Shown in pieces: positions 59,029 through 64,000 of a stretch of DNA of 64,000 bases. Position 1 is the first letter of the stretch. Each line of letters starts with the position of its first letter. The stretch spans positions 62,001-126,000 of IMG/VR virus record IMGVR_UViG_3300042261_002390, one strand, 5' to 3'. The translations under genes and the position numbers were made by a program. Below the pieces are notes generated by a model. The model was not told the DNA's origin. It did not search any database and saw only the letters and a program-made list of their open reading frames with translations.

Positions 59029-59848
59029 AAAAATTGCACTCTTATTTTCAGGTGGATTAGATTCCACATACTTGTTATGGAAAAATCTTAAAGAGGGTAA
59101 TACCGTTACCCCGATTTACGTTGAAATTAAAAATAATGAAAAAAAGACGATTCTTGAAAAAAATCGTATTGAATTGCTTCATAAGGAGTTTAAAAAAGAA
59201 TTTGACCCTGATGCATATTGGGAGGGTAATTCTAAACTGAAGCACCTTCATTATCTTTTCAATGTTGGTGTTTCTGCAAATGAAGATAGCTTATACTTTA
59301 AACAAGTCCCAATATGGACTGCTGCAACATTGTTTATGCAGAGTCTTGATGTTGATGAAATCCAAATAGGGTATGTTTCAAATGACGATGCTATACCATA
59401 TTTAGATGATATTCGTAAAATATATAAATCGTATCAAGCTATTTGTAAACCAATGAAGCCTTTAAAATTTCCTTTAACTAAGTTTAAGAAGGAATTAATG
59501 GCACGTGAACTTCCCGAGAAATATCTTAACTTGGTAGTTAGCTGTGAAAATCCTCAGATTATCAGTAGTAAAGATGTCGAATTGGTTGAATATTTACCTT
59601 GTTGTAGATGTGAGCCGTGTAAACGAATAATAAATGGTGATTACTATGGATTGGGACATTTTCCTAAAAACTACGATATTAATATGATTCAAGATAAAAT
59701 ATTTTACCTACATAATAAAGGGTATAAGATACAGAATCCTGACGGCACTGATTATTTTGAAGGTTTACGTGTTGAGGCTAAAAAAGAACCGTATCAGTTG
59801 AAAATAGATTTTGATAATGAGAATTATGCTGTCGATTACGATGGCTAA
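59021..59848 (+). CDS. queC: QueC-like PP-loop ATPase (7-cyano-7-deazaguanine synthase-like)
   Basis: LLFSGGLDST, SC..P and C.RCEPC Zn motif. Confidence 0.65.
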   Translation: MSKKIALLFSGGLDSTYLLWKNLKEGNTVTPIYVEIKNNEKKTILEKNRIELLHKEFKKEFDPDAYWEGNSKLKHLHYLFNVGVSANEDSLYFKQVPIWTAATLFMQSLDVDEIQIGYVSNDDAIPYLDDIRKIYKSYQAICKPMKPLKFPLTKFKKELMARELPEKYLNLVVSCENPQIISSKDVELVEYLPCCRCEPCKRIINGDYYGLGHFPKNYDINMIQDKIFYLHNKGYKIQNPDGTDYFEGLRVEAKKEPYQLKIDFDNENYAVDYDG

Positions 59849-59865
59849 TTAAAAATAAATATAAA

Positions 59866-62800
59866 ATGGAAATAAATAAATTAAGTGTTTTAAGTGAAAT
59901 CAAAGGATTTCTTGAAGGATATAATGATGAATTAAAATATTTGGTAAATGTCGAGACAGATTCTAAATCTGCAGTAGCTGAATGTGTAATTCATCCACCC
60001 GGAGAAAAACCTAAAATTATAAGAGTGGTTTATGAACCATTCATGTATATGAAAGATTTGTCGAAGCATAATGTTGAACTATATGCCGGACATTCTGAAT
60101 CGTATATTAAGAGTATGCAAATCAAGCACGGTATTACAATCACCAAGTTAAAAACAGGTAATCAAAAAAGGATGGTTAATGGCTATTGCTATAAGCTAAC
60201 AAGCTATAAATCATATACTAATATTATAAATTATATTCGTGATGGAGGTTTGAATCCATATGAAAAAGGCGTTGATGAAAATGGTAATTTTTTAAGGGAT
60301 GCTAAGGGTGAATTTGTCTATCCATATCGTGATTTATTTTATGCACCTAGAACTACTGAACAGTTTTTTATTAGCAAAAAAGCTCGTTTGTTTAAAGGTT
60401 TTGAGGAATATAAAAATGTTCACAAAGTAACATTTGACATTGAAACAACTGGTTTGAGATATCAAATGTCAAGAGTATTTGCTATTGGTGTTAGGGATAA
60501 TCGTGGGTTTGAAACAATACTTGAAGTCGAAAAATTGAATGACGATGAATCTGAAGTTAAGTTAATCCAAGATTTTTACAACCTTATAAACATATTACAA
60601 CCCGCAGTTATATCTGGTTATAATTCAGAAGAATTTGACTTTGAATTTTTATTGGGTAGAGCAAAGATATTGGGTATGGATATGGATAAATTGCCCACTA
60701 CCCTTAAAGATGGAGAACATCTAAAAAGAATTCCCAATACTTCAGTAAAATATGGAAATAGTGCAGATAAATATACTGCAACAAATATGTGGGGATATTC
60801 TGTTATCGATATTATTCATGCTTCGAAAAAAACAGCAGCAATTAATACTGAGGTTAAGGCAACTGGTTTGAAGTACATCGCAAAACATGAAAAAATTGCA
60901 AAACCAAATAGAACATACATTAAGGGTGAAGATAATTCGATAGGTAGATTCTATAGTGAAAATAAAATATTTTTGATTGATGAGAATAATGGTTATGTTC
61001 AAATACCTGATGAATTTCAACAAATAGGTAATAAGTTCTATACGCTTCAAGCTAATAAGAATAGATTGAGTGAAGCTGATTATAAAAATCTGAGAGTAAA
61101 ATACTTAGATAGTGATAAAGAGTTTGTCGCTTGGTTTAGAACTATGCCACCAACTATGAACAAATTTATTACAGGTAGGAAAATTGTTAGACAATATTTG
61201 CTTGATGACTTATGGGAAACCGAACAAGTTGATGAATTGTATAACCAGTCATCATTCATGTTGGCAAAAATTATTCCCACAACATATCATCGTGTATGTA
61301 CGATGGGTACTGCAGCAATTTGGAATTTATTGCTTACTGCATGGAGTTATGAGAATGACTTAGCGATTCCAGAATGTGATGTTCAGGATAGATTTTCTGG
61401 TGGTTTGGCTAGATGTTATAAGGTTGGATATTCAACTCGTATCATTAAGATTGACTACGCATCGTTGTATCCTATGATTCAGTTGACCGATAACGTATTT
61501 CCGATGTTTGATATCACCGGGGTTATTAAAAAAATGTTATTGTATTTGACAACTACACGTAATATCTATAAAAAATTAGCGAGTAAGACTAAACTGAATG
61601 ATGAAGAAGTTAAACTGTTGGAACAGATTGACCGTGAGGTACATGTTAAATATTTGAATAATGCATTTACACCGGAAGATATTGCGATGTTTAAGATTAA
61701 ACAATTACCAATTAAGATTTTGAACAACTCGTTGTTCGGTGCATTGGGTTCGGCAATATCATTCAATTGGTCTGATAATACTTGTGCTGCTAGGATTACG
61801 TGTACAGGTAGGTTACATTTAAGACACGCTATTGACTGGTTTAGTAAATTTGGTTGTATTGCATTACTTGCTGTAACAGATGGTATTAACTTTAGTTTTC
61901 CTGAGAAGACAACCATACGTGTTACTGATGAGGGAATAACTGAGGGAGTAAATGAGGGAGTAATCGAAGAAATGTGGCAATATGGTGGTAAGACCGGAAT
62001 CTCTGCATTGATTGAAAAATATAATAAAGAAGAAATGAAGCCACCATTTATGGCTGTTGATGATGATGGTGAATCGTTATCTTGTTTAAATCTCTCTCGT
62101 ATTAATTATGCTACATTGGCATTGGAGAAGGATAAAAAAACTGGTGAAATGAAAGAAAAAGTCAAATTAACTGGTAATACTATTAAATCTAAAACGATGC
62201 CGGAATATATTGAAGAATTTATTGATAAAGGATTGAATATGATTCTTCACGGACAGGGTAAAGAATTTGTTGAATATTATTATGACTATTGTGATAATAT
62301 TCGTTACATGCAAATTCCATTGAAAAAGATTGCTAGTAAGAGTAAAATTAAGACTACATTAGCTGCATACCGTAAACGTGGTAAGGATAAGAATGGTAGA
62401 GAAAAAGGTATGCAGGCACACATGGAATTATTGTTGGAGAAACGAGATAAATTGTGTGAAGAATTGTTTGAAAAACATAAAGATAATTTCGATTTAAAAA
62501 AATACGAAAAGAAGGGTATTACCATAGAAGATAAAATGAAATTAGTTTCAGACTATATGCCACCAGAACCACCGTTGGATAGCGTAGTGTATTATGTGAA
62601 TACTGGTTACAAAAAATCACATGGCGATTCTAGAATGATTACTGATAAATTTACTGGCAAAGAAAGATTTTGTGCAACTTTAATTGATACTGAAGATTTG
62701 ATTGAAAATCCAAATATGCTTGGTGGATATAATTATGAAAAATATTTAGATGCATTCAATAAGCGTGTTGAAACACTATTGGCAGGATTTGACGTTGAAA

Positions 62801-63567
62801 CTCAAAAGAAGGTTTTGGTTAAAATAGCTAAAAAAGATAATGAGAAGTTAGAAATTAATGCTGGTGATTTAATTAAGGAAGACTTCATTTCGAGTGACTT
62901 AGTGTTGAGAAATTTTGATGCTGACGATTTTGATGAATCAATGTATTTGGAAGAACTTGAAGTTATGTTTTGGAATAAAACCGGATATGACCCAAGACTT
63001 ATTTGGAATGGTTTTAAGATGCGTGATGATATGCAAGTATATTACGAGATATATGAGAATGCATTGAATCATTTGAACGATTTAATGACTAAATCAGGTA
63101 AACCAAAAATTAAATCAATTAATGAGCAATATGGTGATGGTGATTTGGTCTTAATTAAAGATGGTGGTGAGTATCGTGTTGGATTATTCAACGGAACATA
63201 TCTTCAAATCATCAAAGAAAATGTTAATGTGCCTAAATCCGAAATCGAATTGGAACTTGATAGAAAATATGAAGAGGCATTAAAGAAGATTGAAGATTTA
63301 AAAGAAAATGAGATGTCAGTTAAAAGTGCTGATGATATTAGGTTAGAAGCAATTGAAATTGAGCGTGAAGAATATTATCCTGAATTTTTGAAAAATTTTG
63401 GATTAAATATTGAAAATTATCCTATGGTTAGATTATTTGCTGAAGTACCTGAATCAGTTGGTGCATTAGATACTTTTATCAAGAATGCAAAGAAGGGCGG
63501 TGGCGATTTTGATGACAATGAAGATAATGAAAGTTATCCGGATGTTGATGCTGATAATGAATATTGA
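59866..63567 (+). CDS. Family B DNA polymerase
   Basis: Exo FDIETTG, GYNSEEFD, YLLDD; pol KIDYASLYP, KILNNSLFG, VTDG. Confidence 0.93.
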   Translation: MEINKLSVLSEIKGFLEGYNDELKYLVNVETDSKSAVAECVIHPPGEKPKIIRVVYEPFMYMKDLSKHNVELYAGHSESYIKSMQIKHGITITKLKTGNQKRMVNGYCYKLTSYKSYTNIINYIRDGGLNPYEKGVDENGNFLRDAKGEFVYPYRDLFYAPRTTEQFFISKKARLFKGFEEYKNVHKVTFDIETTGLRYQMSRVFAIGVRDNRGFETILEVEKLNDDESEVKLIQDFYNLINILQPAVISGYNSEEFDFEFLLGRAKILGMDMDKLPTTLKDGEHLKRIPNTSVKYGNSADKYTATNMWGYSVIDIIHASKKTAAINTEVKATGLKYIAKHEKIAKPNRTYIKGEDNSIGRFYSENKIFLIDENNGYVQIPDEFQQIGNKFYTLQANKNRLSEADYKNLRVKYLDSDKEFVAWFRTMPPTMNKFITGRKIVRQYLLDDLWETEQVDELYNQSSFMLAKIIPTTYHRVCTMGTAAIWNLLLTAWSYENDLAIPECDVQDRFSGGLARCYKVGYSTRIIKIDYASLYPMIQLTDNVFPMFDITGVIKKMLLYLTTTRNIYKKLASKTKLNDEEVKLLEQIDREVHVKYLNNAFTPEDIAMFKIKQLPIKILNNSLFGALGSAISFNWSDNTCAARITCTGRLHLRHAIDWFSKFGCIALLAVTDGINFSFPEKTTIRVTDEGITEGVNEGVIEEMWQYGGKTGISALIEKYNKEEMKPPFMAVDDDGESLSCLNLSRINYATLALEKDKKTGEMKEKVKLTGNTIKSKTMPEYIEEFIDKGLNMILHGQGKEFVEYYYDYCDNIRYMQIPLKKIASKSKIKTTLAAYRKRGKDKNGREKGMQAHMELLLEKRDKLCEELFEKHKDNFDLKKYEKKGITIEDKMKLVSDYMPPEPPLDSVVYYVNTGYKKSHGDSRMITDKFTGKERFCATLIDTEDLIENPNMLGGYNYEKYLDAFNKRVETLLAGFDVETQKKVLVKIAKKDNEKLEINAGDLIKEDFISSDLVLRNFDADDFDESMYLEELEVMFWNKTGYDPRLIWNGFKMRDDMQVYYEIYENALNHLNDLMTKSGKPKIKSINEQYGDGDLVLIKDGGEYRVGLFNGTYLQIIKENVNVPKSEIELELDRKYEEALKKIEDLKENEMSVKSADDIRLEAIEIEREEYYPEFLKNFGLNIENYPMVRLFAEVPESVGALDTFIKNAKKGGGDFDDNEDNESYPDVDADNEY

Positions 63568-63600
63568 TAATTTGTAGTATTTATATGAAAATAGTTTGTT

Positions 63601-64000
63601 ATGGAATTTAAAAAGAAAGAACTAACTGAAATTATTGGAAGTGATGGCAATTTGATTGGTAATAGTGGCATCCCAACAAACGGTGCTGACCTTGAATCAC
63701 AAGCCAATAATACTACAGATTATAATGCCAAAATCGGAGTACAACCATTCAGGTATGATATGTTGGGTCGATTTGGTTTTACGCTTATGCCGTTTTTAGA
63801 GGGTAAAGAAAGCCAAGAACAACTTGAACTTTTAAAGGATTTGGATGAAATGTTATCCGATGGATATAAAGAAATTCTCGAACATTATTATAAGAATCCA
63901 AATAAGCTTAAATCAGATTATCGTAAACTTGTTGATGGAAAGGGTGAAATTGACCTTGATGGTAGTTCGATTAATTCTAAGAAAATTGTCAAAATTATTG
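63601..64000 (+). CDS. Hypothetical protein, truncated by the window end
   Basis: Open frame MEFKKKELTEIIGSDG... to the end of the window, GTATTTATA upstream; absent from the ORF track. Confidence 0.7.
   Translation, partial: MEFKKKELTEIIGSDGNLIGNSGIPTNGADLESQANNTTDYNAKIGVQPFRYDMLGRFGFTLMPFLEGKESQEQLELLKDLDEMLSDGYKEILEHYYKNPNKLKSDYRKLVDGKGEIDLDGSSINSKKIVKII

Noticed and set aside
189-62525. Many short alternative-frame and minus-strand ORFs in the track (e.g. 4292-4567, 13926-14219, 33148-33498, 47191-47529)
   Set aside because: They lie inside longer motif-bearing genes and look like shadow ORFs of repetitive, biased coding sequence
59866-63567. Intein or intron in the long PolB
   Set aside because: The frame is uninterrupted, and I saw no intein splice-junction (C/S...HN-C/S/T) or LAGLIDADG motifs
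1-64000. Stop-codon reassignment, as in some Bacteroidota phages
   Set aside because: Code 11 ORFs tile the window densely with full-length enzymes; no suppressor anticodon (CUA, UCA, UUA) was found, and the UGA anticodon reads Ser codons

Overview
AT-rich, almost entirely plus-strand 64 kb segment of a large (jumbo-type) tailed phage. The host is probably Bacteroidota, inferred from TAnnTTTG promoters and A-rich starts without Shine-Dalgarno sites. Layout: (1) 0.2-7.8 kb glycosyltransferase, methyltransferase and nucleotide-sugar cluster with ADP-heptose enzymes; (2) 7.8-13 kb probable head and structural proteins; (3) 13-19.3 kb T4-like replication/recombination genes (SSB, UvsX, 5'-3' exonuclease, DnaB-type helicase); (4) 19.4-25.1 kb RNA island; (5) 25.3-55.9 kb long repetitive fibre/adhesin genes with an embedded GT9-like transferase; (6) a lone minus-strand GIY-YIG gene, then SNF2 helicase, QueC-like protein and family B DNA polymerase. 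The most striking signal is the RNA island. It holds two paralogous tRNA-like RNAs with ~60-nt structured D-loop insertions, a circularly permuted tRNA-like module (T-arm, closed acceptor stem, D-arm) and several more structured RNAs. These lie directly upstream of a Ro60-sized vWA protein and an ARPP-like partner, suggesting a phage Ro60/Y-RNA-like ribonucleoprotein system. All protein family calls and RNA pairings were made by eye; no searches or folding programs were run.
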